A DNA stretch of 64,000 nucleotides from Promethearchaeota archaeon (GCA_029838195.1 JALGVJ010000003.1:128678-192677), one strand, 5' to 3'. Shown: positions 40,181 through 50,823, counted from the first letter of the stretch. A program made the numbers and translations. The notes: generated by a model from the letters alone, not told the origin.

Positions 40181-40597
40181 ATGATAAAAGAAATTTCATT
40201 ATTTCTCCCGAATTATCCGGGCATGCTATCTCAATTAGTCAAGTTATTACGGGCTAATGATATTAATTTAATCGCGATTTCTGTTGCTCAAGCAAAAGAT
40301 TATGGATTAGTAATGATCATAGTAGATAAGCCATCGGAATGTATAGATCTTTTGGAGGAAAACAACTATGAACTCTCAGTTAAGGAGGTGATAGCCGTTA
40401 AAATGTCGGCGAGTGCAGAAATTATCAATGATATTGCGGAACTAATGGGCACAAATAACGTGAATATCGAATACATGTATTCTACCTTATTAAAAAGTCG
40501 AAAAAATGAGGCATTTATCATTCTTCACACGGATAATAACCAAAAAGCCTTCCTGCTTTTAAAAGAAAAAGGGCTTTTTCCCTTAGAGAGTATTTAA
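40181..40597 (+). CDS. ACT-domain protein, paralog 3
   Basis: MIKEISLFLPNYPGML...VNIEYMY; ATG 40181 after GAGGTGA SD. Confidence 0.88.
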   Translation: MIKEISLFLPNYPGMLSQLVKLLRANDINLIAISVAQAKDYGLVMIIVDKPSECIDLLEENNYELSVKEVIAVKMSASAEIINDIAELMGTNNVNIEYMYSTLLKSRKNEAFIILHTDNNQKAFLLLKEKGLFPLESI

Positions 40598-40780
40598 GTA
40601 ATCTATATTTTTGCAAGGAGATCCAACAATCATTTATAATAATTATTTATTTAATTAAACAAGTAGAAATTTAAATTTTCCTTAATATATCAACTTAATA
40701 AGCGTTCAAGCATGAAGTAATAAGTACAAATAACTATACTATTTTATATTTGGTTTATTTATCAAAATATTGAAACGATT

Positions 40781-41683
40781 ATGGCAATAGACCTTCATGA
40801 TAAAGGAAATATTAGCTTGAAAGAAAAGCTTGCCCTTAAAGAGAACTTTAATGCTCTCTGCGTGGGTGTGGGGGGAACAGGAGTAATTCGAGCCTCCATT
40901 ATCCTGGGTTGGGCGGCAGTAAAGGAAGGGTATAAAGTAAGAACGGCAGAAACTCATGGAATGAGTCAGAGAGGCGGTTCTGTTTCTTCGTATTTACGTT
41001 TTGGGAGAACCTTGGAATCTCCCTTTATGATAGAGGGCGATTTAGATGTTTTACTAGCGTTTGAGATCTCTGAAGCTTTGAGGTACTTATATTTCGCCAA
41101 TAAAGACACTTACATTATCGTATCTACGAATAAAGTTATACCACCTTCTGTTTTAACCCATAAAACGTTAAAAATAGATGGTAATAAATGCGTGGGCTGT
41201 GGTAATTGTATTTCTCATTGTCTAATTGATTTTGTGTATAACACACCTTCCGATAATCATCCTTATACACTCATTAAGGGCCCCGCTCGCAAGGTTTTTA
41301 ATGGTTATTCTCGAGTTTTGGAGTCGTGTACGGGCTGTCTTCGTTGCATTATTGATAAAGTGTGTCCTTTTGGAGCAATCTCGGCGTTTAATGAATGGGA
41401 ATACGTGGACGTGGAATTAATAGAAAAAGATATTCATTCCGTTTCCAAAAATGCAATTATTGTAGATGCTAACGAAATAGCTTTAAAAGCAGGAAATATT
41501 TTAGCTGCCAACGTGGTATTATTGGGTATATTGGCGGGGATAAATGCTCTCCCAATTAAAAAAAGCACTTTAAAAGAAACAATATTAGAATTCATTCCAA
41601 AAAAAGCACTTTCTGTTAATGAAAAGGCTTTTAATTTGGGATTTGAAATAGGAAAGAAAAAAAGAAAAGAACTGAATAATTAA
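40781..41683 (+). CDS. iorB: Indolepyruvate:ferredoxin oxidoreductase beta subunit with inserted ferredoxin domain
   Basis: GVGGTGVI, ETHGMSQRGGSV, ANVVLLG, NEKAFNLG; insert CVGCGNC...CTGCLRC....CP. Confidence 0.88.
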   Translation: MAIDLHDKGNISLKEKLALKENFNALCVGVGGTGVIRASIILGWAAVKEGYKVRTAETHGMSQRGGSVSSYLRFGRTLESPFMIEGDLDVLLAFEISEALRYLYFANKDTYIIVSTNKVIPPSVLTHKTLKIDGNKCVGCGNCISHCLIDFVYNTPSDNHPYTLIKGPARKVFNGYSRVLESCTGCLRCIIDKVCPFGAISAFNEWEYVDVELIEKDIHSVSKNAIIVDANEIALKAGNILAANVVLLGILAGINALPIKKSTLKETILEFIPKKALSVNEKAFNLGFEIGKKKRKELNN

Positions 41684-41747
41684 ATGATTGAATAAGTAAA
41701 TTGAATGCTTAATTATACAGTTAATTGTAAAAGAAGGAGATATATTA

Positions 41748-43625
41748 ATGAGTAAACCTTTTTACGCGCTAGATGATCCCAATGTACGGGGTGTCGTCCT
41801 TGGAAATGAAGCCATTGCCAGGGGAATCTTTGAGGCAGGAATTGCTGTTGCGGCGGGATATCCGGGAACCCCTTCTTCGGAGATCTTAGAAACATTAGCT
41901 GAAATTCATCACTATTATCCCACGTTTCAAATTGAATGGTCCACGAACGAAGCAGTAGGCTTTCAAGTAGCATTAGGAGCCTCCATGTGTAATGCTCGGG
42001 CTTTTGCTTGCATGAAACACGTGGGATTAAATGTGGCTGCGGATAGTTTCATGACCGCAACGTATGCGGGAGCTCATGGCGGTTTTGTTGTTTTATCTGC
42101 AGATGATCCTAACTGCTATTCCAGTCAAAATGAGCAAGATAATCGGCATTATGGACTCTTCTCATTATGCCCAGTGCTTGAAGCATCTAATTTGCAAGAA
42201 GCTAAAGATATTGTTAAATATGCTTTTGAATTTTCAGAAAACTTTCAAAGCTTAGTAATGATGAGAACAACCACGCGTTTAAATCATGCCAGGGGAGATA
42301 TCACGCTTGGAGAAATTCAATCATTTAAAAACCGTACATTTCAATTCGATAATGATAGAGCTCGTTGGACATTTTTGCCTTCCAATGCGAGAATCCAAAG
42401 GATAAAGCAATTGGAAAGATTTGAACTCCTCCGCCAGCATTCAAATCAATTTCCTTACACCAAATTGGAAATAAAAGACGGAGCTAAAATTGGTTTGATC
42501 TCATCGGGAATCCCCCATGCATATGCCATGGATGCGCTGAGAGCGCTTAATTACGAAAATAAAGTATCGATATTAAAATTGGGGATGGTATTTCCTCAAC
42601 CCGAAGAATTGATGCGAGAATTATTTGAAAATTCTGAAAAAATCATAATTGTGGAAGAATTAGAACCCTTTCAAGAAAATTTTGCCAAAAAATTAGCGTT
42701 TGAATTAGGAATCCCAATAGAAATCGAAGGAAAAAAGTATTTTCCACGCAATGGAGAACTTGATTTAAATAAAGTGGTAGAAGGGCTTTCAAAATTTTTA
42801 GACGTTCCTAACCCCTACGTTAATCTGCACGTGGATACTTCTAAACTAAATAAAGCATCACCTAGACCACCCGTGTTATGTGCTGGTTGCCCTCATCGCA
42901 GCATTTTTTATGCTCTTAAATTAATTGAACAAAAAATGGGTAAAAAATTTGTATATTCCAGCGACATCGGGTGCTATACCTTAGGATTTTACAAGCCCAT
43001 TGAAACCATTGATACTTGTATCTGTATGGGTGCTTCAATAGGAATGGCAAATGGAATTGCCAAACTCCATAATGGCCCCGTCCTTGCATTGATTGGAGAC
43101 TCGACATTTTTTCACACGGGCATTCCTGGCTTAATAAATGCGGTTTATAATCAAAATGATGTTTTTGTAATCATTTTAGATAACAGCATTACTGCTATGA
43201 CTGGTTTTCAGCCCCATCCAGGTACAGGAATAAAAATTACGGGAGAACCAGGAATTAAAATTCCGTTAGAGTCAATCGTACGAGGAGCTGGAATCGCAGA
43301 AGATCATCTATGGATCGTTGATTCTCATGATTTAGAACAAACAACCCGAGTCCTAGAAGAAGCAATTCCCTTAAAAGGGCCAAGAGTCATGATTGCACGT
43401 CATCCTTGCTCGTTATTTGAACGAAGAACCCAAAAGGATAAAAAAATTATTCCAGCAACGATTAATGAAGATAAATGTAATAATTGCCTCTTATGTATTA
43501 AAAATTTTGGATGCCCTGCCTTCACACTAATTAACGGAAAAGTCGCAATTGTAGAAAAAGATTGCACGGGATGCGGGGTGTGTCTCTCAATTTGTCCCTT
43601 TGGGGCCATCGAACAAAAATCATAG
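41748..43625 (+). CDS. iorA: Indolepyruvate:ferredoxin oxidoreductase alpha subunit
   Basis: GNEAIARG, GYPGTPSSE, KHVGLNVAAD, RPPVLCAGCPHR, DIGCY, GDSTFFH, C-terminal ferredoxin. Confidence 0.95.
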   Translation: MSKPFYALDDPNVRGVVLGNEAIARGIFEAGIAVAAGYPGTPSSEILETLAEIHHYYPTFQIEWSTNEAVGFQVALGASMCNARAFACMKHVGLNVAADSFMTATYAGAHGGFVVLSADDPNCYSSQNEQDNRHYGLFSLCPVLEASNLQEAKDIVKYAFEFSENFQSLVMMRTTTRLNHARGDITLGEIQSFKNRTFQFDNDRARWTFLPSNARIQRIKQLERFELLRQHSNQFPYTKLEIKDGAKIGLISSGIPHAYAMDALRALNYENKVSILKLGMVFPQPEELMRELFENSEKIIIVEELEPFQENFAKKLAFELGIPIEIEGKKYFPRNGELDLNKVVEGLSKFLDVPNPYVNLHVDTSKLNKASPRPPVLCAGCPHRSIFYALKLIEQKMGKKFVYSSDIGCYTLGFYKPIETIDTCICMGASIGMANGIAKLHNGPVLALIGDSTFFHTGIPGLINAVYNQNDVFVIILDNSITAMTGFQPHPGTGIKITGEPGIKIPLESIVRGAGIAEDHLWIVDSHDLEQTTRVLEEAIPLKGPRVMIARHPCSLFERRTQKDKKIIPATINEDKCNNCLLCIKNFGCPAFTLINGKVAIVEKDCTGCGVCLSICPFGAIEQKS

Positions 43626-43683
43626 ACCTTTTTACTTCAACTTTTTAACCCTTTCTTTCTAAAATGAATTTTATTTGGTTTTT

Positions 43684-44418
43684 CTAATAAGATTTTTGAA
43701 AAAAATCTTTCAATTTTTTGGTTTCAATTTTTTGATTGATAAAAATCGTCGGAGCACGTTTTTGATATTCCTTATAGAACCCAATAAAATGTTGAATTAG
43801 CTCTTTTTCTTCAAGAAAATGAATATGAATATGGAAAAAAAATAATAAAAGAAGAACGTAATAATTGAATAAAGCGTCAATTGGAAGATAAATCCTCCTA
43901 AGCAAATCGATCCTAAAGCGGTGTAAATCGAATGTCGCAAGACAGATTATATCTCATAATCTTGAAGCGGGCTCTCTTCTGGAATATAAAAATACAATAC
44001 GGCAATGTAATCAATCCTGAAAGAAGTAATGGCTCTAAATATCATTATAATTCCACTGATGAGGAAAAAAGATTTTTAAAATAATTTGTACGCTTCTTAA
44101 AAAGGGACGCATTGTTAGAAAATAAAAAATTAGGGATGTACTAAAAAGTGAGAGAGAATATTGGAATAAGTATACAGGACTTAAACGATATATTGGAATC
44201 CAATTATAAATGGAAATGCTAATCATTATAATGATGCTAATTAGCCCTATTAAAATAATTTTTTAGTAAGCCAACTGGCCATGTTTCGCTTTTAATCGAT
44301 CTCTTTTAGACCTTACTTGATAAATTAAATATAATCCCAGAAAACCCACAGAAATAGTTTTCAAATTTGGAAACAAGAAAATGAACTCATTTTCAAGTCC
44401 TTGATAAAATAAGGGCAT
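43684..44418 (-). pseudogene. Isoprenylcysteine carboxyl methyltransferase/PEMT-family pseudogene
   Basis: Pieces across frames: MPLFYQG...HGQLAY*; FRIDYIAVLYFYIPEESPLQDYEI*SVLRHSIY; EEKELIQHF.GFYKEYQKRAP (RHPxY and EExxL..YxxYxxRVP motifs). Confidence 0.7.
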
Positions 44419-45333
44419 GTAAGTCAAAACATGGTTTTATTAAAATACTGATTATTAAAATACTAAGGAAATAGAAAGGAACGAAAATGCTTTTTGTGAT
44501 TTTAAGTTAGAATGAGGTAAAAGTTCTGCTATTCCTTGAAATTAAATACTTGATGCGAACATAAATTTTTCTTGAGGATCCTCACTTTCTCATGTAATTT
44601 CTGAGTTAACAAATATAGGGATAACGGAGCAAATTTGGGGGTCTTACCACGAAATTAAGGGGTTTAATGTAGAGCTCTTTTATTATCAAATGTTCTCAAT
44701 GTACCAAATTTTTTCCTAATTTGTTTTTCGATACATTCGAGATTTAATTTAGTTTTAGGCATATTATTGATGCTTTTCCATTTAGTCTTATCATACATTA
44801 ATATTTTGAAAATAAAATGAATATCATTTATCGAAAAAATAGATTGAAAAATATCGATAATTTAATAGATATAAAAATAATCCTGTTGAGCCAAGAATGG
44901 TTTATCATGCGCACTTGTGCTAATCTCATTAAAGTCTCATTGATAATTAATTCTTTCTTGAAGTCAAATTCACATTTTAACGCATTTGTTTATTCGAGAG
45001 AAAAAAAATTAATTGAAGCTTATCATGATCTTAATAAATTCCAAGATCATCTACCCAATGGGGTTGTTGAAAAATTTTATATCCCAAATTTGGTCAAATA
45101 ATTTTTTCATTATTCGAAAATATCCCATGAATTGAACGTAAAATTTTAATTTTATATTTAAATTCATGCGATAAAATGACTTTTTTTTCTATACCTAAGA
45201 TGTACTGATAAAATGTAAAAATTTTAATGGCAAAATCCTATGCTATCAAGCTATTTAATCGATTAAACGATTCCAGCTTAACGAAAACTTTATATTTAAC
45301 TTGATCTATATTTATACTATCAATAAATTTTTT

Positions 45334-45444
45334 AAAAAAGAAGTAATGGAATGAATTATATTAGCCCATAATTTTTATTCCTCCACTAATAAACGTACGT
45401 GTGCTATATATGTCTTCTTTCCTCATTCCATTACTTTCTTTTTT
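45334..45444. ncRNA. Candidate structured small RNA or MITE-like element with long terminal inverted repeats
   Basis: aagtaatggaatga (45341-45354) perfectly pairs with tcattccattactt (45423-45436); inner stems tagc/gcta and tttatt/aataaa. Confidence 0.35.
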
Positions 45445-45805
45445 CTCCTCTTTTAATTTTTTTATATAAATTCACGTGTATCTTAAATTTAGGACCTAAA
45501 ATCCTTAATTAAATCATTGTTATTTCCAAATTTAGATTGTTCTTATCTTGATAACCCCTATTAGAGAAAATTTTGATTAAGCTTATCATTCAATCTTCTA
45601 TTATTTGTACTCTATTTATGAGTTCTTTTCTTTTTTCCATTTAAAAGTTAAAATAATTTCTTTTTGAAAACTTAAAACATTTATTATTTATCACGACTTT
45701 TTACTTATCAGTTTATTGCTTCAGTTCATTTCGAAAACCATTAATTTTAATTATCTTGAACAAAATTTTAAAATATTATAATAAAATAAAGAAGAGGAAA
45801 TAACA

Positions 45806-47107
45806 ATGGCAAAAGTAACAATCGTCCATCGTGATAATATACCGGGATACCCCAGTAAATATACTGAGGAAGAATTTCAGGTAGTTTTGGATATGGTGGA
45901 TGAGATGTTCCATAATCTCGGAGGAATCGATAAATATATAAAACCCGGAGAAACCGTTGTCCTAAAGCCAAACTCGTGTACCTATTTCGGCTCCGTCATG
46001 ATTGATAAAACCACCGGAGAAGAACGTGTTAATTTACAAGGAGCCGCCAATACGGATGCTAGAGTGCTCGCTGCAATTACAAAATTAGCCTTGGAAAAAG
46101 CAAATGCTAAAGAAGTATTGACAGCGGAGACGTGTGCTTTTGATTACCACGAACGATGGCAAGCATGTATCACGTTAGATGTATCGGGTATTAAAGCAGC
46201 GGTCGAAGCAGTCGGGGGAAAGGCCGTGGATTTTAATGACATGGAGCGGGTTGAAATTGAGATAAAAAAACCGGCAAATGCTATGGATAAAATCAAAGTA
46301 CCCGAAATTTTAACCAGAGATGACGTGGTATTCATTAATTGTCCTGCCATGAAAACTCATTCTTTTGAAACTGTAACTTTAGGCATGAAAAATTATCAAG
46401 GCATTTTTAAATGGGAAGATAAACTCATTGCCCATGATGGAAAATTAAGCTTGAAATTCGTAGACATGGTGCGCACGCTCCCCCCACGTCTCACGGTAAT
46501 AAGCGGTCTATGGGCCGTTCAGGGACAAGGCCCCATTCCCATGCGGGGCCATGATTACATGACCATAACCGACATGAATACGATTGTCGCTGGAGATAAC
46601 GTGATTGCCACGGATGCAGTATGTGCTCGTGTAATGGGATTCGATCCCATGGAAGTTAGAACAATTAGATTAGGTGCTCATCTTGGAGCAGGACCATTAG
46701 ATTTAGAACAAATTGAGTTGTCAGGAACTCCAATCGAGGCGGTAAAAAGAGATTTTATGAAACCCTCTGGTGAATGTAATGGTATTTATCCCACGGTGCG
46801 AGTTATTGAAGGTTCACCTTGTTATGTTTGTAAGGCATTAGTTCGCGCTATTTGTGATGGATTAAGTTTTACTTTTCCTTTATTACATGAAAAAGGAGAA
46901 GATCCCATTTTCATTCTTGGTTTAAATGCTTACATTCCCGAGGATATTCGGGGAAGTGATAAAGAAGTATGGGTAATCGGAGATTGCGCTGCTGAACACA
47001 AAAATGTAACTTCTAACACGCACTTTTATCCGGGCTGTTGCCCCATGCAAGCTAATATTGAGCTTCCCGGGACAATAATAAGTAAATGGAAAAAATTAAA
47101 AGGTTAA
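45806..47107 (+). CDS. DUF362 family Fe-S protein
   Basis: IKPGETVVLKPN, MKTH..VTLGMKN, QGQGP, IATDAV, C-terminal CYVC, IGDC, PGCCP. Confidence 0.85.
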   Translation: MAKVTIVHRDNIPGYPSKYTEEEFQVVLDMVDEMFHNLGGIDKYIKPGETVVLKPNSCTYFGSVMIDKTTGEERVNLQGAANTDARVLAAITKLALEKANAKEVLTAETCAFDYHERWQACITLDVSGIKAAVEAVGGKAVDFNDMERVEIEIKKPANAMDKIKVPEILTRDDVVFINCPAMKTHSFETVTLGMKNYQGIFKWEDKLIAHDGKLSLKFVDMVRTLPPRLTVISGLWAVQGQGPIPMRGHDYMTITDMNTIVAGDNVIATDAVCARVMGFDPMEVRTIRLGAHLGAGPLDLEQIELSGTPIEAVKRDFMKPSGECNGIYPTVRVIEGSPCYVCKALVRAICDGLSFTFPLLHEKGEDPIFILGLNAYIPEDIRGSDKEVWVIGDCAAEHKNVTSNTHFYPGCCPMQANIELPGTIISKWKKLKG

Positions 47108-47143
47108 AAATTAAAAATTTATTTTTTTTAATTCATTTAATTA

Positions 47144-48346
47144 TTATTTTTCTTGAGCTTTCACTTCTTTTATTGCCTTAATGAGAATAGGAATGACTTT
47201 ATGTAAATCTCCTACAATGCCATAATGCGCTACCTTGAAAATAGCGGCATTGGGATCTCGGTTAATTGCCACGATTATATCTGAATTTTGCATTCCCACT
47301 AAATGTTGAATGGCACCTGAAATTCCGCACGCAATGTATAGTGTTGGAGAAACGGTCTTTCCGGTTTGTCCTACTTGTCTGTCGGGGTCTACCCAACCTA
47401 ATTCTACCGTGACACGCGAGCCTCCAACTTCTGCATTTAAAACATCTGCAAGTTCTTCAATAATCTTAAAACCCTCCTTGCTCCCCACGCCTCTACCACC
47501 AGATACGATGATTTTTGCATCTTCAAGATTCACTTTCTGCTTTTCCTTCGTAATTATTTTCACGATCTTGGCGACAGAATCTTTTTCTTCTAATTTTTTT
47601 TCAAGGGTCCTAATTTTCACGTCTTTTTTGACTTTCGGAGGAATTTTAAAAATGCCGGGTCTCACTGTAGTCATCTGGGGCCTACTGTTAGGTGTTCGAA
47701 TGGTTGCCATGATGTTTCCGCCAAATGTGGGTCGCGTTTGACGGAGATTTCTTGAATCTTCTTCAATATCTAACCCCGTACAATCTGCCGTCAATCCAGC
47801 ATTTAACCTTTTAGCCACGCGAGGTGCAAAATCACGTCCCGTAGGAGTTGCTCCAATCAACACGATTTCCGGTTTATATTCTAAGATTAATTCGCTTAAA
47901 ATGTTTACGTACAAATCGGAGTAATAATTTTTAAGAACCTTAGATTTCACATAAATGATTTCATCTTCTCCATATTGACTTAGAGCATCCAATTGGTCCT
48001 CAAAATCTGCGCCTAAAATTACCAATGTCAAATTCACTCCTAGTTTATCTGCCAGTTCTCTGCCCTTTCCTAATAATTGAAAAGCTACTGGATGTACTTT
48101 ATTTTTATAATGTTCAGCTATTACCCAAACTCCCCTGTATTGTGAAAGATCCATTTTTTCTACTTTAAACTCTTCCCGCTCCAGTGTTATAGCTTCAACA
48201 GGGCATACCTCCACGCAAGCGCCGCATAACGTGCAACCCTCCTGAATGCAAGCAACATTATCCACTAATTCAATGCCCCCATAAGGACAATTTGCTACGC
48301 ATGCTCCACATCCTGTACATAACTCATCATCTATTTTTATGCTCAT
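47144..48346 (-). CDS. etfA: Electron transfer flavoprotein alpha subunit with N-terminal 2x[4Fe-4S]
   Basis: CTGCGACVANCP, CTLCGACVEVCP, GLTADC, RPTFGG, QVGQTG, GISGAIQH. Confidence 0.95.
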   Translation of the reverse strand: MSIKIDDELCTGCGACVANCPYGGIELVDNVACIQEGCTLCGACVEVCPVEAITLEREEFKVEKMDLSQYRGVWVIAEHYKNKVHPVAFQLLGKGRELADKLGVNLTLVILGADFEDQLDALSQYGEDEIIYVKSKVLKNYYSDLYVNILSELILEYKPEIVLIGATPTGRDFAPRVAKRLNAGLTADCTGLDIEEDSRNLRQTRPTFGGNIMATIRTPNSRPQMTTVRPGIFKIPPKVKKDVKIRTLEKKLEEKDSVAKIVKIITKEKQKVNLEDAKIIVSGGRGVGSKEGFKIIEELADVLNAEVGGSRVTVELGWVDPDRQVGQTGKTVSPTLYIACGISGAIQHLVGMQNSDIIVAINRDPNAAIFKVAHYGIVGDLHKVIPILIKAIKEVKAQEK

Positions 48347-48360
48347 GATTTCACCTCTTT

Positions 48361-49164
48361 TTAAATAACATTATCCTCCTTTAAATATTCAACCAATTGT
48401 TTTACTTGATCTTCCAATTTGCCTTCTAAAATGATGTGTTCTCCTTTTCTTTCAGGCACGAAAATTTTCCATACTTCTGTCATGGAACCAGTCAGACCAA
48501 TTTGTTCCTTTTTAGCGTTTAACTTTTCGGCGTTTAATTTTTCGGTATTTTTCTTGTATGCCTTGACAATTCCTAACATGGTGGGATATCGTGGATGATT
48601 GATTTCTTTTAATACCGAAACTAATGCGGGTAATTTAGTTTCAATAATCACGGTTTCTTCTGGTCTAAAAGCCCGTTCTACTTTAATAATATCTCCTTTC
48701 AATTCAAATTTGAAAACATAGGTGATTTGGGGAATTCCCAGTTCTTCTGCCAATTCTGGACCTACTTGAGCGGTGTCTCCATCAATTGCTTGCACTCCGC
48801 ATACAACTAGATATTTTTCATCTTTAGGATAATCTTTTAAGATATATTTAATCCCTAGAGCTAGTGTATGGGAAGTTGCAAGCGTGTCTGCTCCAGCAAA
48901 AGCCCGATCCGTGAGGAGATAAGCTTTATCCGCGCCCATCGCAAGAGCTTCGCGCAAAACTTCTTCCGCTTGAGGAGGGCCCATACTAAGGACGATGACT
49001 TCTGCTCCGTGTTGTTCTTTCAAGGCAAGTCCCAACTCCACGGCATGCTTGTCATGAGGATTCATGATTGAAGGAATTCCTTCTCTTATCAATGTATTGG
49101 TTTTAGGATCGATCCTCACTTCTGAAATTCCGGGAACTTGTTTTATACACACAAAGACTATCAT
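48361..49164 (-). CDS. etfB: Electron transfer flavoprotein beta subunit
   Basis: CIKQVP, NPHD, SMGPP, AGADTLAT, AIDGDTAQVGP. Confidence 0.95.
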   Translation of the reverse strand: MIVFVCIKQVPGISEVRIDPKTNTLIREGIPSIMNPHDKHAVELGLALKEQHGAEVIVLSMGPPQAEEVLREALAMGADKAYLLTDRAFAGADTLATSHTLALGIKYILKDYPKDEKYLVVCGVQAIDGDTAQVGPELAEELGIPQITYVFKFELKGDIIKVERAFRPEETVIIETKLPALVSVLKEINHPRYPTMLGIVKAYKKNTEKLNAEKLNAKKEQIGLTGSMTEVWKIFVPERKGEHIILEGKLEDQVKQLVEYLKEDNVI

Positions 49165-49168
49165 TTGA

Positions 49169-50332
49169 TCACACCTCCGGAAATTTTCCTCTTAAGAGAT
49201 GATTGGCTATCACCATGCGCTGAATTTCAGAGGTTCCCTCATAAATTTCAGCCATTTTTGCATCCCTGAAATATCGCTCAACGGCATAAGCTTTCATCAA
49301 GCCATATCCGCCATGAATTTGGACAGCGTCATGAGTTGCTTGCATTGCGGTTTCAGAAGCTTTAAGTTTTGCCATGGAGCTTACCAAGCCGTATTCCATG
49401 CCGTGGTCGCACATCCAAGCTGCTTTATAAGTTAATAATCGAGCAGCTTCGACAGCTAGCCCCATATCAGCAATTTTCCACTGGATTCCTTGAAATCGAG
49501 AAATTGGCTGCCCAAATTGAACTCTTTCATTTGAATATTTAATTGCAGCTTCTAATGCGGCTTGTCCTAATCCAACGCACTGAGCCGCCATTAAAATTCT
49601 TCCATAATCTAAAATTTTGAGTCCTAAACGGTATCCATCTCCAACTTTTCCCAAAATATTTTCTTTCGGAACTCTCACGTTATCAAACACGAGCTCACAG
49701 GTGCTGGACGCACGAACCCCCAATTTATCTTCTTTTACGCCCACGGAATATCCTGGTGTATCAGTATCTACAATAAATATTGTTAGTTGCTTTCTCTTTC
49801 CTATTTCGCTGGTATTTGCTACCACGAGCAAGATATTGGCAATTCCACCATTAGTTGCAAAGATCTTACTCCCATTCAGTACCCATTCATCTCCATCTTG
49901 ATAAGCGCGCGTTTCCACACCTCCGGCATCTGAACCCGCATTTGCTTCTGTCAAACAAAAAGCGCCAATTTTATCCCCTTTTGCTAGTGGAACTAAAAAT
50001 TCTTGTTTTTGTTCTTCCGTACCGAAAAGATAAATTGGATATGCCACTACAGAACAATGCACTCCGGTGGTAATGGACCAAGATGCGTCAATCCTGCCAA
50101 TCTCTTCCGTAACTATGCAGAAACTAATTGTGTCATCATGTAAATCAGCACCTCCATATTCTGCGGGAATACATGTCCCAAAAAATTTCATTCGTTTCAT
50201 TTCTTCCATGACCTTCGGATCTAATTCAGAATTTTGATCGCTCTTTTCCGCCACCGGTGCGATGTATTCTTCTGCAAACTCCCGCGTTATTTTCTTAATC
50301 ATGAGTTGTTTTGGTGTCAGTTTAAAATCCAT
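49169..50332 (-). CDS. Acyl-CoA dehydrogenase (Bcd-like)
   Basis: FCLTEANAGSD, NGSKIFATNG, RVQFG, QIHGGYG, EIYEGTSEIQR. Confidence 0.95.
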   Translation of the reverse strand: MDFKLTPKQLMIKKITREFAEEYIAPVAEKSDQNSELDPKVMEEMKRMKFFGTCIPAEYGGADLHDDTISFCIVTEEIGRIDASWSITTGVHCSVVAYPIYLFGTEEQKQEFLVPLAKGDKIGAFCLTEANAGSDAGGVETRAYQDGDEWVLNGSKIFATNGGIANILLVVANTSEIGKRKQLTIFIVDTDTPGYSVGVKEDKLGVRASSTCELVFDNVRVPKENILGKVGDGYRLGLKILDYGRILMAAQCVGLGQAALEAAIKYSNERVQFGQPISRFQGIQWKIADMGLAVEAARLLTYKAAWMCDHGMEYGLVSSMAKLKASETAMQATHDAVQIHGGYGLMKAYAVERYFRDAKMAEIYEGTSEIQRMVIANHLLRGKFPEV

Positions 50333-50823
50333 ATTTCATCATCTTCAATTTATTAAAAGTTATAAATCATAAATCAATAAATTAATCGTGCTATAAAAAA
50401 TCCATGATTTATGTTTTTCCAATTTTGAATAATTAATGAAATTAGCATGAATTCTAAAATGTTGTACAAGAACGCGATGAGCTTAGAGAGATCTTTAAAT
50501 GTGGACTAAAATTCGAAATCCATTATTACAATTTCTTGCAAATTCTTCTCTCATTTTATCAAAAATATATAAAAAAAAGAGGAACGAGATTTCATTCAAG
50601 GTATGTATTGATGTTCTCTTGATTTTATTGCTGATATTTCCACCGGATAATTAAATTAAATTTTTTTTACCAAATTGAAAAAAAAAAAGAAAATTTTAAG
50701 TAAAAAATGAATAAATCCGTCTGTTTTTGAAGATTAAATTCTTTAAGAATTTTATATATTTATACTCAATAAATTAGATAATTACAAGATCAATTATCAA
50801 GCCCGAATGAAATGTGAGAAACC

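Noticed and set aside
44817-45101. 94-aa ORF in the large gap
   Set aside because: No recognisable motif, AT-rich and no clear SD; cannot be supported as a gene
50368-50413. 9-bp inverted repeat CATAAATCA/TGATTTATG upstream of the acyl-CoA dehydrogenase
   Set aside because: AT-rich, 28-nt spacer and single occurrence; plausible by chance
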